Translations under genes and position numbers: made by a program | In this document: positions 36,577 through 50,800 of the stretch, piece after piece | How the letters are laid out: each line of letters opens with the position of its first letter | How positions within the stretch are numbered: the first letter of the stretch is position 1 | NCBI GenBank assembly: GCA_973895155.1 | Contig: OZ316899.1 | Span: forward strand, 11,533,775 to 11,597,774 | DNA from: Marsupella aquatica | Lineage: Eukaryota; Plantae; Marchantiophyta | DNA length: 64,000 nucleotides | Direction: 5' to 3' | Notes under the pieces: generated by a model | What the model saw: the letters and a program-made list of their open reading frames with translations, nothing else | Database searches by the model: none | What the model was told of the DNA's origin: nothing

Positions 36577-39500
36577 ATGAACATGAATTCGATCAAGAAG
36601 CCTCAATTTAAGGCCCTAACCATTGATGGTGCAAATTATTTATCATGGTCACTGGACATCAAAGCATATCTTGCATCAAAAGACCTTTAGGATGCAATTT
36701 TAACTAATGTTGGCCTAACTTTACAGCAAAAGGCAAGAGCATTAATCTGTATACGTACCACCTTGTAGAGTCACTCAAGATCCAATATCTAAATCAATTT
36801 AACCCCCAAATCCTCTAGGAGGATCTGAAATTGAGGTTCGATCACATGCGACTGGTTTCCCTGCCAGCCGCCGGCCCGCCATGATTGGATAAATTTGCAG
36901 GTACAGGACCATACTTCCATGTCCAATTACAATGGCGAACTCTTCCAAATTATCTCACAGTTGGCAGTCTGTGGCCACCCAGTTGGCAACGACGAGAAAA
37001 TCAAACGAACTCTATCAACGTTCAGCGCAGGAAATATCATCCTTGCATCACAATACAGAAACATGGGATTTACAAAATATTCAAAACTCATTGCTCATAT
37101 GCTTCTTGCAGAGAAGCATCAATTACTCCTCCTAGAGAATGCAAAATCTCGCCCACCAAGGTCTGTCGCACCCCCACCTAAACCTGAAATCAACTTCAAT
37201 CGACAGAACGACAAAGCAAGAGGCAGAGGGCGTGGAAATTTCAGGGGGAGGCGAGGACGAACCTATGGTCAAGGCAAAAACCAACAACAAGGCAGGGACA
37301 GTGGCCAACCTGAAAGGGGAGGCCAAACCTTCGGAAATTTTAATTGAAGAGGAGGACAACAAGGTGGTGGATACAGAGACAGAGGCCAAGGGGGAGGCCA
37401 CGGAAGGGGATACAATAATTGGATAAGAGAGAACGATAACTCTACATAATGCTTCAGGTGCGGCACAAAAGGACACTTACAGAGAGATTGTCGAGCACCT
37501 GCCCATCTAGTCAAACTTTACAAGCAAAGCATGGGAACACCCAGTAATCAAGCCTATGGTTACTACATGGAAACTACAGATAATATTGAGAACTATGCAC
37601 CAGACCCAGTAGCACCTGAGGTCCATACTGCCCGATTAGGATCTAATCCCTCTCTTCTGGACGATCATCACAATTGTATTGTTGATAGCGGCACATCTCA
37701 TTCAATCCTACGCCACAAAGACTACTTCCTTAGCATAACTCCATCCCATCGATCCATGACAACAATCATTGGATCTAATTACATAGAGGAAGGTTATGGT
37801 CCAGCACAAGTCAGATTTCCCAAGGGAACAATCATCCAAATTGACTCAGCAATTTATGCACCACGGGCCACTAGAAACCTTATAAGTTTTAGTGACATAT
37901 GTGCCAACAGATTTCATATTCACACAGGCACCTGTGGAAACCGTGAAGTCTTGCACATCCTGGAGAACACCAAATCAGGGAGATTAGTCCGCGAGATACT
38001 ACCCATATATCCTCCTGGACTCTACATCACCCAAATCTATTCTTATCATACTGAGATTACTCCACTTACCTTAACACAGAGATGGCATAATCGTCTTGGA
38101 CAGCCTGGTACAACTGTGTACCACAATATCTTAAAGGCTACCGTTGGCATACCTCAAGGCGTTCACCCCTCAGCCTCCAGCAGACCATGCATTGCATGCT
38201 CACAAGGGAAAATGGTGACTCGTCCATCACCATCAAAGACAATACACAAGATCCCACAATTCCTAGACAGGATACAAGCAGATGTTTGTGGCCCAATTGA
38301 CCCTCCTTCTGGCCCATTCAGATATTTCCTGGTTATCATTGATGCCTCCACCAAGTGGTCACAGGTCTCACTGCTTTCCACCAGGAATCTTGTTTTCCCA
38401 AGGATTTTATCACATATCCTGAAATTAAAACATCAATTCCCAGAGAACCCAATCAAAAAAATTAGAGTTGATAACGCAGGGAATTTACATCAAAAACTTT
38501 CGATGACTTCTGTGAAACTACAGGTATCAACACTGAGTACCCCGTTGCACATGTTCATTTTCAGAATGGCATTGCCAAATCCGTGATCAAACAAATACAG
38601 ATGGTGGCCAGACCCCTACTGATGCAGTCCAACTTACTAGCATCAGCCTGGGGCCATGCGGTCCTACATGCAGCCGCCCTCTTAGATTGAGACCATCATC
38701 ATTTAATTCCCAAACCCCCCACTTCCTAGCATATGGATTGCCACCTGATATCACACATCTACGGACTTTTGGCTGCCTGGTACTTGTCCCAATTTTAGGT
38801 CCTAAACGAACTAAAATGGGACCTCAGAGACAACGAGGCATCTATGTTGGATTTGACTCACGCTCCATCATAAGATACTTGGAACCCTCAACAACAAACA
38901 TTTTCAAAGCACGGTTCCAAGATTGCAATTTCTTTGAAGATGAATTTCCAACTCTTACGAAAGACCCAAACAGAAGCGGAGAGGTAAAAGTGAAGGACTT
39001 ACAATGGTTTTCTACACATCCTTTTACTGACGACCACCAAACTAAAGAAGCAGATCAAAGTACAACGTGTCCTCCACTTACAATAGATGCTTATGAAACT
39101 TCCAGATGCCTTCAATGACCCAGCCATGGTCACTCGCTCACATTTAGAGGCAGCAAACATACCAGCTCAAATTTCTCGGAAGTCTACACCAGCAACTGAA
39201 GCTGCACCAAGGGCGAAGCGAGGTCGCCCTCTGGGATCCAGGGACTCTCACCCTAGACTGCCGCGTACAGGCCTTCCATCTCCCCCTGTTATACCAGTTA
39301 CAGTACCACCTTTACCACAAGAGGCCAATAATGAGGAGATCACGATTAATTATGTGCATACTGGGAAGATATTGCAGCGTGATACAATACAGGTCGATGA
39401 TACCTTTGCATTTAATATCTCTGAGGAGATCACAAATGATACACCAGATCCTCTAATGATTGTTGAGGCCCAATCTCGACCAGACTGGCCACAATGGGAG

Positions 39501-39977
39501 CTAGTTATAAACTCAGAAGTGGACTCCCTCGTACAACAAAAAGTTTTTGGACCGACACCTGCAGGAACCCATCACACGGGTTATAGGTTCATCTTTGTCA
39601 AGAAACGCAATGTGAAAGGAGAAGTGATCAGACATAAAGCTTGCTTAGTAGCAAAGGGCTACACCCAGATTCCCGGCCGGGACTTTGATCAAACTTACTC
39701 TCCTATGATGGATTCAATCACATACAGAAATCTCATCGAATATGCTCTTTTGCACAAACTCATCATGCATATTTTAGACGTGATCACTACCTATCTGTAT
39801 GGTATACTTGATACCACAATATATATGAAGGCACCCCCGGAACTAATTAAGAGATTAATGTTCCACATTGAGGGGGAGAAAACCGATAACACAAACCCAG
39901 GCCTACAACCTGGAGTACTCCAAACTTGCCCTATAGGAGATTTGGATTCCCTGACGATTGAGCTTGGACCTTCTGTA
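36577..39977 (+). pseudogene. Copia gag-PR-INT-RT polyprotein, degenerate
   Basis: ORFs at 36895, 37531, 38687 and 39087 follow Copia domain order, with stops and frameshifts. Confidence 0.9.
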
Positions 39978-40849
39978 CACTAGAAGAATCTGAGGTGATT
40001 TGAGACCGCAATATGTGACTCATTTTGGCTCATGTGACTTCATTGTGACTCAACGTGACGTGACCCAGGCTGTGACCCTTGGAGTTGCAAAAGTTGAGAC
40101 CAAAAAATGGAAGTCACTATTGATACTGGGCATTGCGACTTGCTTGATACCCATTTGTGACTGATCTGTGACTTTATTGTGGAGTCTAGCCTTGTTGATA
40201 CGTGACTGCAATGTGACTTTAATTAGTCACAGGGTAAGTCATATACATGACTTACTTGCACTTAAAAACCACTATCTTGTGACCTTTTAGTGTCACGTAA
40301 TAGACCAATGGAGACCCTGATCCGGGTCACACAACAGAACCATTTGGGCCTCTATATAGTCATGTTCATAACTAATAAGGTTGACATGGAAGTTGTAACC
40401 ATGACTAATGAACACAGAGGGACAGTTCATAAGGAGAGAGAGCACTCCACATTGCAATACATAGAAACACTCATGTTCACACTTTAGAAGTATAACACAT
40501 TGAATACAAGAAATGAACTGAGCATGAATGACATCCACATGAAACAAAGCATCATATAAGCGGATCCTACATAAAACATTCATAAGAATTCAACAGAATC
40601 ACAATCTTGCTAGAAGATGATCATCATTTCAATTACAATGAAATAGTTTACAATGTCATCAATGTAATTCGGAGAAAATAGGAACTCATAAACTGATAAT
40701 TGTTTGAGATAATTGAAAGCACATGCATGATACTATGAATCTCCAAGAGGACATGATTCTTGTACTGCTTCTTGAGATCTAAAATCTATAGAACATGACT
40801 CACACTACAAACAAATAATGACATGACATTGTTATGGATCCTCGATAAA

Positions 40850-43800
40850 CTTGCTTGGTCATAATACCAAAGAACCTGCAACATCTCCAAGTGTCTTCTG
40901 AGGAGGATCATCATTTGTGTTTGGAATGGGAAGGACAGCTTTAGGTTTCACTAGTAATGTGACTAACACTACTGAATAACCTGGGGGAATCCTCTTACCA
41001 TCAAACGTTGTAGAACCAACCTGCACTCTGCCAAATCCTACTCGTGCTCCACTTTCATCAACAGCTAACAAGCCACTTTGTCCCTCAACATTAGGTGCTT
41101 TCCCCACTTTCACCTTAGATCTTTTTGCCAGCACCGTTCTTGGAGGTTTGTATGAAACCTTTGACGTGGCTCTACTCCCAGCAGCAGACTTGCTTCGTGT
41201 GCGCATGCTTCCTCTCTTCACAGTAGTGAAGCTAGGCTCAGTAGGTTCCTCTATTGGGACTGTCACAGTAGCAGGTTCCTCACCTGGGAGTGTCATACCA
41301 ACTAACTCTTTGGTTGGATTTATCTCAACAAGAGGCACTCCTGTCATTGACAATGATACATTATGCAAATCATTTATCTTTGCAATGGAGTCAAGATCTA
41401 CATAGCATGAATCTGGCTCAATGGTATCATTGTCATGCTTGCTGATATCCTCATTTGCCCCAACATTGATATCATCCACTCTCTTGCCAATATCATCCTC
41501 ATCCAAACATGGTTCACTGCCCTCTGTCAAATTAGTTGCATGTACAGACTACAACTTTGTTGCCTCTAAATTGCAGCGAGTCTTTGCCAGGTTCTCATAC
41601 TTCTTCTCTGCATCACCTGTCTTATTCTCTATGGGCACAACAACCACAATATATGTTACAAAAAATAAACACATTCAACAAACAATGTCAATTCAAACTA
41701 TACATTTAATAATCATATCCCACACAGTTATAAAGGCCTTACCTTCTAGCCTAGATATCGTTGGCATGCCAGAAGAGTGCATAGACTTTGCCACCTCAAG
41801 TGGTGATGGTGAAACTCCTACAGAATTGGAATCAATTTTATCTCTCATCGACACTACAGCTTCCATTAATGTCTTGAAGTTCACATGGAAAGTCAGTCAA
41901 TGAATTCAAACGTTCATTGATCTCTGGAAGACATGTTTCCACAGCCTTCAAACGACCACTTATCTTTGTAAGTGAAGATCCACCTCCCTACATGACACAG
42001 GGGTATAGGTTCAATCACTCCATATGAAATGTTGGGCAATATATGCACAATCAATGTTATATGTGTACACCTGAAATTCAACGCAGGTCATTCAATTACC
42101 AATCAGAACTCATATAACTTACGTGCTTGGAGGATTCAGATGCACCCTCTTGAGCCCGGGTGTTCACAATTTCAGCCCTCAACTCTTCTTTTGAAGGGCT
42201 TTGCCCCAATTGGGCTTTCTGCACATGCATGGCAAACACAAGTTATCATTATTATTCAGGGAACGTACACTAAAAAACAAAGTGAACAGTACATAGTGTA
42301 GCATAAATTACATAATTAGCCATTGATTCTTACCAAGCGTTTTGCTATTGGTGCAGTGCCGGTCCTTCCTGTTAGATTAGGGTTCTGAACACTCAACCTG
42401 GCCTCAGTCGTCTGTGAACTCTTCTTTTTTGAAGCATCTGTTACAAAATAAGCTACTAACCTTGCCCACACTTTTCATCACAACTGGCTGGTGCAGGCAT
42501 ATCTGGCTTCTCCCCACCTTCCTTCCAAGCCTTATGCATTCTCCACCTCTCTTGCTTGATGATTTTACCTGGTGTACTCTCTAGGCAACCTATGTCCATG
42601 CCATCATCACTGCCCACATTATTCCATTTGGCAACAACATTTTCACATACAGTCTTCCAATCTTTTGGATGCTGTTTTTTAAAATTAATAAAACTCACAT
42701 CTAACCAACGCAATACTTCAGCTTTCAAATCAGCATGCCATCGGTTCTTGCAAGGACACTCAGCATCCACCCATTGTCTCTCATTCAACTTCATGTTCCC
42801 TTTCTTTGTCACCTCCCCTCGTGCACTGCTCTTGGTAGTATTGGGCGTTGTATTGGCCACCCCTTGATTCACCCTACCTGGGGTTCTGAAGACACCTGGG
42901 AAAATACAATGTCATTCGTGCTTGAGAACTACATACAGCAGAGTGAATGACGGCAACATTCAATGCTGCACTTCAACTAAAATTCTTCAAACATATATAC
43001 CTGTAGCTTTGCCTGTAGACATCTGGATAGGGACTGCACTCTGGAATTGTTGCGACCCTGGACCACCTGTCCAGCCTAGTACAGGGGCCGGATGATGTCA
43101 CTTTCTAGGTATGTATGTGCAAACATATGTACTGAAAACAAAGTATAAACTGTAGGAAAACAACTGAACATTCACCGACATACCTGGCCCCCTTCCGTGC
43201 TGCATCTGCATAGGGGCATTAGTGAATACTTGAGTTGATGGTTTGACTGTCCAACTTGCACACATACATTTTCTATCATTATACATGTGCAGAATCCCCC
43301 CACATGAATGGACTCCAGATATAATGAGTTCTTCCATTGCTCACAAGATCAGGCATTACCTGCCCCTCTTCCAGCGTTTGTAGGTACTGTATTTTGAAAT
43401 CCCTGCCAATTACCTTCACCACCTTCCCAACCTTGTTCATTCCACGACCCACCACCATCCTCCCAACCTGGTTCAACCCATGTCTGTCCTTGTGGACATT
43501 GGAACTGATCATTACCAGCATTTGCCCAATCAGGTGGGGCAGAATCTGCATGCAATGGCAAGTGGATAGAATTTCATGTTGTCTGAATCCAATACATCCC
43601 AAACAATGTCAAAAATTGATATGCAATCTGAGATTCAGGAGTGCCATGCCTTGACAAAGAACTGACATATAGATATATACTCACATCCCCATGGTTGAGG
43701 TGGACGTCCATACCCACGAGACTGTGGGTTTGGACCTGCTCTGCCTCTACCACGAGCTTGCCCCCTGCCATAGTATTGGGCACCAACCTCGGATCTACCA

Positions 43801-43880
43801 CTACTACCACCTCGCCAACCTTGATCAGAGGTCAGCCCCCCTGCTGGTATGGTGCATGCACAGGCTTTGTAGGCAAAACA
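40850..43880 (-). pseudogene. TnpA/Tnp1-like exons of CACTA2
   Basis: KNRWHADLKAEVLRWLD (42456-42872) and LPIPNTNDDPPQ...GSLVL (40859-41530) match CACTA1. Confidence 0.6.
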
Positions 43881-44311
43881 TAACTAACAAGATGCTGCAT
43901 CACATCACCAACTACAATGTCACAAACTAAGCAAGGTGCATATGTGTAGTACTTGTGACGCCGCCGGTACGGCGGTTAATGAGTGATTCAGTCTAACTGC
44001 GCTCGGCACGCGCGTTAGGTGGGTCTTAGGCCGCTATTATTAGCATAACGACAGTATTTAGGTAATCATTAGGGGTAGGACATCATTAGGCAATAAGGGG
44101 GACTTCAGGTTCGGGCTGGCGGCGGGTCGCTATTCGCACACCCGGGTTACGAGCGTGGAGGGGCCCCTCCCTCGGGTCCGTATAACGAACTTAAGGAAGC
44201 GGCCATTGACGCACGCTGACTCAGACCGGCGGAGTGGCCGGTACACCACAAGCGTGAGCGGTTCAACCTATGGGCGTCGAGGAGACGTCGGGGATCGACA
44301 AGCCCTCAAAG

Positions 44312-44318
44312 TATAAAA
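44312..44318 (+). promoter_or_regulatory. Candidate TATA box in the C LTR (mirror copy at 57448-57454 on the minus strand)
   Basis: TATAAAAGGGG about 100 bp upstream of the LTR ORF, followed by a CT-rich leader. Confidence 0.55.
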
Positions 44319-44419
44319 GGGGAGCCAACCCTTTGTAGTGCACCAGTCCATCAGTCCGCGCGCCAGCTTCGACCCCAGCTCTCTCGTTCTCTCTAGGTCG
44401 CCACTACTATCTCCTCTGA

Positions 44420-46798
44420 ATGTCGCACACGATCCTCTCCAGCTCGGCCATTCGATTCTGGACGCAGTTCCTATCTACCGGAAGGCACTTGGCCGATTCA
44501 TTGAAACACGCCAACCCGCGCCGATACGAGATCGAACGCGAATACAAGAGAGCCATCCGCCTAGCAGGACGACACCACTACGTCCTTAACTTTGACTACC
44601 CGTCTCAGAGCGAGCTTTACCGACCAGCTGAGGTATCTGGGTACTTCTTCAACGGAGACAAATATATCGGGTTCTGGGAAGCATTGCTTCGGCTTCCGGA
44701 CGAGGTCTTCAATATCCCGGGTACAATCGACCTGCAGCGACATCACTTCGACCACATCCCTGCCCAGGTTCGGGCTGTCATTAACGGCGAGTCCAGTACC
44801 AACCGTTCGACAAGGGCGTCCGCACTCGCTTCGGAGAACTTCTACCAGCACCTGCAGAGCTTCATGGGAACTCGGCCATCAACCAACATGACCAACTCAG
44901 CCGGGCCCGTACCCGTACCCGTGCCCATGCAACCTCAGCTTCAGCCTCAACCTCAGCTTCAGCCTCAGCCGCAGCCTAGCCAAACCCCACCACCTATCAC
45001 CCAGCCAGCACAGGTACGCTCTGTCATCAACGCTGTGGATCTTAGCGATGACGACGAGGCTACCCCACCCTTGACCAGGCGGCCCAGAGGAACAAACGCT
45101 CGGGGGGCCGACACTATATCGTCCCCACCCCCTGCTCTGACCCCAGGAGCGGCCCCAGCAGACAACATAGTGACCGTGGCCGCCCCGGGCCCGTTACCAA
45201 CCACAGTGGCACTCCCCAGGCCCGATCGGGAGGATGGGGAAGTATCACCTTCCCCGAGTCAGTCACGGGGAAAGAAGAGGAAGGAATCCATCACTGCATC
45301 TGGGGTACCGTTGGCCACGGTAGCCGTAGCCAAGGTGACGATGCATCACATGGGGGAAAACGTTCACAGCAACATCCTCCATCCCAAGCATGCGGTGTAC
45401 CTGAAGACTCAGGGATTTGAGCACCTCGCCTCTCTCCCCTGGAACACTTGCAGGTACTACGGGGAGGACATGACAGAATTCGTCAAGAATTATGACGACG
45501 TACGTCAACAGACTCGGCTGCGGGGAAGGAATATGTCCCTCACAGAAGAATGGCTCAAGATGATCTTCGGGTTACCCGAAGGTGACCATCGAGTCGAATC
45601 ATGGGCTCCCGGGGGCAAGGGGGCCAAGTACCAATCTTCAAGTTTTCCCTCAGAGGGATCAGTAGACAACGGGTTCGTGATGAGGACCTGCCTCATGCCC
45701 GAGATAGCTGAGCGGCTGGAGTTCCAGAGGTACGCTCTCCACATGATGGAACCCCGGGGGGAGATCTCCGCCGCCCAGGTTATCCAGGTCGAGAACTATC
45801 GACCTAGGAAATGGGCGTCGTACTTCGCTAAGAAATTCCATGAAGAGATGGAGCGGCGAAGGAAGACGCTGTACATTGGCGGGAAGGCGTATTTCGCTAG
45901 CCACATCGAAATCATTCTTGAGTGGTACGCCCGGTTTGATCGACGAATCCTTCCTCGCATCAACGTTACAAAGCTGGTCCCAGCTAGGTGGGTTTTTCTG
46001 GCATTGGAGAGACGGCCCCAACCCGAGGCCCGAAGTCCAGTGGACACGCCAGCTTCACCCACCCCACCTCCACAAATAGCTGTAATCGTAACCGAGGAGG
46101 CGCCGGAGGGGTCGGTCGTCGCAACCGTTGATGCGACCCAACTAGCCGGGCCAAGTACAGAAGTTGGTACGGCAGAGGTCTTACCCGAACCCGGGTCTCC
46201 CAAGGACCCGCCGGTGGCAATTCCGGAGAACCGGACATCGCTGCAGGAGGACACTCCAGCCCCTTCCAACGTTATGTCCCCAGGGCTGGACGTCACTGCC
46301 CCGGCCCCTGCGCGTGTTGATGTCTGCCCGTGCCCAAATCCGGACAGGCACAACTTGGACCACCCGGAACTCTTCGTACAGGGTACGTTTCTGAACGGGC
46401 TTCTGGGAGATTTCTCTCATCAAATTGCCCGAGATACCGGGGAGTTCATGGCCCGGAAGGTAGCCTGTTTCTTCAATCAGGAGTTGGTTGCCGCCGTAAA
46501 GGCAGGTCGGGCCCAGTCGGAGGCCCTTCAGAGGATAGAGCGGTACCGGGTGGAGTCCGTGTACCTAAAGAACGAAGTGGCGGCTCAAGAGGCTGAGCTT
46601 CTGCAACTACGACCCAAGGTTGCAGCCGCCGATGAGTTGTTAGCAAAGGCGTACGCTCTTACCGCCCTAGCCGAACAGGCCAAAGCTGGGAACGAGGCCG
46701 AGATTACACGACTCCGGAACCAGATTGACAGTTTGAAGAAACAAGCTGTCACCTGGCAGAAAGACCTGGAGGAGGCCGAGGAGCGTGCCAGGCATTAG
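44420..46798 (+). CDS. LTR-encoded 792-aa protein of family C (90-aa in-frame deletion in the coiled coil)
   Basis: Open ORF inside the left arm; homologous to the family A LTR ORF. Confidence 0.8.
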   Translation: MSHTILSSSAIRFWTQFLSTGRHLADSLKHANPRRYEIEREYKRAIRLAGRHHYVLNFDYPSQSELYRPAEVSGYFFNGDKYIGFWEALLRLPDEVFNIPGTIDLQRHHFDHIPAQVRAVINGESSTNRSTRASALASENFYQHLQSFMGTRPSTNMTNSAGPVPVPVPMQPQLQPQPQLQPQPQPSQTPPPITQPAQVRSVINAVDLSDDDEATPPLTRRPRGTNARGADTISSPPPALTPGAAPADNIVTVAAPGPLPTTVALPRPDREDGEVSPSPSQSRGKKRKESITASGVPLATVAVAKVTMHHMGENVHSNILHPKHAVYLKTQGFEHLASLPWNTCRYYGEDMTEFVKNYDDVRQQTRLRGRNMSLTEEWLKMIFGLPEGDHRVESWAPGGKGAKYQSSSFPSEGSVDNGFVMRTCLMPEIAERLEFQRYALHMMEPRGEISAAQVIQVENYRPRKWASYFAKKFHEEMERRRKTLYIGGKAYFASHIEIILEWYARFDRRILPRINVTKLVPARWVFLALERRPQPEARSPVDTPASPTPPPQIAVIVTEEAPEGSVVATVDATQLAGPSTEVGTAEVLPEPGSPKDPPVAIPENRTSLQEDTPAPSNVMSPGLDVTAPAPARVDVCPCPNPDRHNLDHPELFVQGTFLNGLLGDFSHQIARDTGEFMARKVACFFNQELVAAVKAGRAQSEALQRIERYRVESVYLKNEVAAQEAELLQLRPKVAAADELLAKAYALTALAEQAKAGNEAEITRLRNQIDSLKKQAVTWQKDLEEAEERARH

Positions 46799-47708
46799 CG
46801 GCGGAGTAGGAATAGATTAGGATTAGGATTGGCTTAGTCAGGCTCTTGGGACAGGCACCTGCCTTAGGTACAGCAGCGCTGCCCTGCTGTCCAGCCTGCG
46901 TAAATTAGGATCTTCTAATAAGACACAGCCATTTTCCGGCCTGACTGTCAGCTTAGTTAGGACCTTAGTCAGCGAATCTTCGGCGAGAGGACACCCCGTT
47001 CCTCGGCTCTTAGTATTTAGTGCACCCCTTGGTAGAGGCAGGGGGGGCTTTTTAGTTTCAGAGTCGGACATCCGCGGGACATGCGGGGAGTCCCGACCTC
47101 TGGGAATGACAGAGTACCAAGGGGAGGGGGTAGGACTAAGCTCGCCGGGCGAGTGCGGAGCCGGGCTCCGTTGTAGTGTGCACCCTCGGCCTTGAACCTG
47201 TGCATTCCAGGGCTGTCGTGTCAACTAAGTGTACGCATATGTTCCCTTTGTAGTAAAATCCTTTCCCATCATTTTCCTTCGTGTAAATCGAGATTGTATG
47301 CATGTGTGCGCATATGTGTGTGGGTTTCTCGTATATGGGTGGCAGCGCCAGGCCGAACACACTACCCGAGACGTGCACAGGGTGCAGCCTGCGGGTAAGT
47401 GGTTGCGAGCACGGGTTGAGGACCTGTATCATCGAATCCGGATCGAAGGCGGACAGCACGAAGGCTTAGAAGCCCTTAAGCCGGGGTCGATCCTACTATC
47501 GACTAAGGTACGTTCCGGCGGCGGAACACAAACCATACCTAGGAGGTGTTCGTATTTAGCAGTATGCGCACTTAGCGCTAGTTTACGAGAATAAGGTGCA
47601 TTACGTGCTTCCCTTCCTGCCCGAACCCTCAGATTTACGAGGGATGTGCCCATCTAAGCTGAAGTCTGAGTTAAGGCCGAAGCCTACGACGTGACATAGC
47701 CTTTGTTT

Positions 47709-47726
47709 TGGCGCTAGATGGAGGGG
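47709..47726 (+). promoter_or_regulatory. Primer-binding site of element C (probably tRNA-Asn)
   Basis: TGGCGCTAGATGGAGGGG, nearly identical to the PBS of element A. Confidence 0.8.
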
Positions 47727-47819
47727 GCACTCTACATATCGTAGAGGGGAGACATGTGCGTATTCACCTAGGCAGGATACATCAGGACGTAGTACTAACC
47801 ATTGCATTTATATGAGTAA

Positions 47820-50800
47820 ATGCCCGTCACTCGTTCTCAAGCAGCTTATTTGAGGAGATTGACCAGCGAACGAGAAAGTGCAACCACAACAAGCTCCGAC
47901 TCGTCGGGCTCGGAGGACTCGCAATCGTCCCGACGTATGAACATACCCCCGGGATCTTCGGGGTCCGGTTCGACCGGCCCTGCTGCGGTTCCACCACCAC
48001 CACCACCACCACCACCTATGGCAGCCGCTCCACCGGTGGCCCGCGCTGCTCAGGCGCCTCCACAAATATTGCAACGATCGCGATTTCATTATCGACCTTT
48101 CAAAGGGCGTCATGGGGATGATCCGGATGAATGGTTGGATGAGTTTGAAGCCACTGCTAAAGCTAATGGGGAAGACGCCATTAAGCTAACCGTCCTCCCG
48201 GGAGTGATGCGGGGAGAAGCTCGTCCATGGTACAACTCGTTACCACCCGGGACTACCTGGGCACAATTCCAAGCTGCATTGCTGCAGGAGTTTCGTGTCA
48301 TTGGATCAGAACAACGTTCTCTATTAAAGATTGGCCAGCTTTGCATGGGAAAAAAAGAGTCCCTGCGGAAGTTCATTCAGAAGTTTCAGAAACTTGCGGC
48401 CAAGATCTGGCCCAGGCCAGGAGATGCGCTCCATCTTACATGGTTCCTTCATGGTTTGCCCACGAATATGCAATTCTGGGTACGCCAGAATAATCCAATT
48501 TCAATGCAGGCGGCCATAGCGTGCGCCGAAACTTACCGGGAGTCCACCTATAACTCCTGGCGGAGCCAGCGAGCACGCCGCAGGAAGGGTAAGTACGAAA
48601 CCTTCAGTGACAGTGACTCCGAATCGGACAATGAGAGGAAGAAGAAACGCAAGAAGAAGAAGAAACATCGTTCGACCTCGTCCAGCTCCGAGACGGAATC
48701 CAGTTCGGATTCAGCTTCAAGCATCGGATCCTCTACCTCCAGTTCATCAGGAAGTGACTTGGAGAGCGAAAGCCGGAGCAAAAAGAAGAAGAGACGAGTG
48801 AAGAAGGAGGGGAAGATTAAACCCCGGGCGCGAAGAACGATACCAGATCCAAAGGCTGCCAAAGCAGACAAGCTGAACGAAATCACGGATCGACTCAAAG
48901 CACTGTCAGTACATCTTGCAGAAAAGCCGGTGGAGAAGAAGAAGCCATCTGAGATTCGAGCCCATGCGTGGTGTTCAAAGTGCTTCCAATCCGGCCATGT
49001 GGTGCAGGAATGCCCAAGGTGGAAGAACCGAGTTCACCAAGTAGAGCTGGATGATGTTGACAACCCGGGCCCCGAATCGGAGTCCACGGAGTATTTCTTT
49101 GAGGACCCTCCTGATTCCGTGTACCAGATTTCAACGGTAGGACCGCGTAATTTAGCGGGTAGAACTGCGTACCCCTACCCAAGTAATGGCCGGAGTTTCC
49201 AGGTTATCAGTAACCCGAGCATCCCTCCTAAGCCAGGGATTTGGCGGTCCCCGGTTTGTTACAACTGTGAAAAGCCAGGACACTTTGCGAGGGAATGCAC
49301 CGAACCAAGACGTCAGGGAGATGGCCGAGGCACCCCACTATGTCAAGTTTGCAAAACGGAGGCTCATTCCACGTCCAACTGTCCGTTGGTAATCGTTGCT
49401 CGAACGAGTGCGGCTAGACCGGCCCAGGCTGGACCAGTCACGAGCGATGCAGTCGTCCAAATGATTGCTGTAGAATGGCAAGATGACAACACCGAGTGGG
49501 TGAATCTGGTGGACGTGGCGGAACACCCTAATCCATTGGATGAGGCCGAGTGCTACCGAGTGTCGACAAGGGCCGAACGGAAGGAAGAAAAGATGGAGGA
49601 GAAACGGAGGAAAAAGCAAGATACTACTCCGGTGCAGCCAGCGATAAATATACCCCCGGAAAAGGACGATGACTACCGACGGGATGACCCGAAGCTGTTT
49701 TTCCCCCGCATCGAAGAATTGGTAAAGAAACAGCTGGAGGCTTACGAAGCTCGGGAATACCAGAAGGCAATCGATAAGGACATCAAAGCAGCCGAGACAG
49801 CCCGGCGTCAGGAGCAAGAAAAGCAAGATAAACAAGAGGAAGCCAAGCAGCAGCCAATGAAAGAAACAAAGGAGGACTATGATATTAAGGAGGACGTGAA
49901 GAGTTGCCCGGTTACAGCGACGGTGGGGCAACTGCTGCAGAACAACCCACAGTACAGACGACAACTGAGGGAGTTGCTCATGGGTCGCCGAAGGAGGAGA
50001 CTACCCCGAGTTGGGAGTGCGGACTGCAACATGATATGCGAGGACCTTGGAGCGCCGGACATCTCGATCGAAATTAATAACTGTACCATCAAGATGGTTC
50101 TTGTAGACGGAGGAGCGGGAGTCAACATCATGACTGAAGAAACGTCAGTCAAGTTAGGATACCTCACGTATCAACCCACGGCCCGAGCTATCAGATTAGC
50201 AAACGGGGCAAGGGTCCTCCCATTAGGCACGTTCACACGAGTGCTCACTCTGGTGGGAGGGGTAGAGTTCTATCTCAACTTCTTAGTCATGAGGCCGGTT
50301 CGTCCCTCCTCTTATCCGGTTCTTCTGGGCAGGCCGTGGTTGTACGGTGGCCGCGTAGTCACGGATTGGGGAAAGAAGGAGCTACGGTTCGGGGAACCCA
50401 CCGTACGGGTATCCTGGGCAATGGACGATTATCAGGGAGAAACCCCACAAGGACCCAAGGAATATGATTCGGAGACCTCGGAGGAAGAGGAACTCAATAT
50501 GATCGAACTCATCTCGTCCCTATCCGAGGAAGATGTCTTCGGAGTTGAAGCAACCCGAGAAATACATCTCCTAAATTACCCGAGGGCTGCCATTGAGTCC
50601 ACCCCAAGTACATCTACTGTCGGGGATGAGGAAACGCATGAACAACTCGTCGAGACGGAGGACACGGCTCCAGCTAAGCAGGGAGCCGAGGCTACTCCTT
50701 CCATTTCAGAGCCTCGTAACCATGAACCAGCCCAACAACCGCCTGAGGCCGAAAACTCGAGACCGAGACATAAAAAGCGAGTCTCATGGGATCCGTCCAT

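Larger units (their letters stand above)
35992..39977 (+). mobile_element. Ty1/Copia Bianca-like element (copy 2), cut inside RT by CACTA2
   Basis: TGTTG start; ~174-bp LTR; PBS ACGTTATCAGGACG; gag DGANYLSWSLD; protease IVDSGTSH; integrase WHNRLG...CIACSQGK, DVCGPIDPPSGPFRYF and IRVDNAG; RT start. Confidence 0.92.
43954..47706 (+). repeat. Left arm (5' LTR, 3753 bp) of element C
   Basis: Reverse complement of 53786-57812 apart from substitutions, a 270-bp deletion and small indels. Confidence 0.93.
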
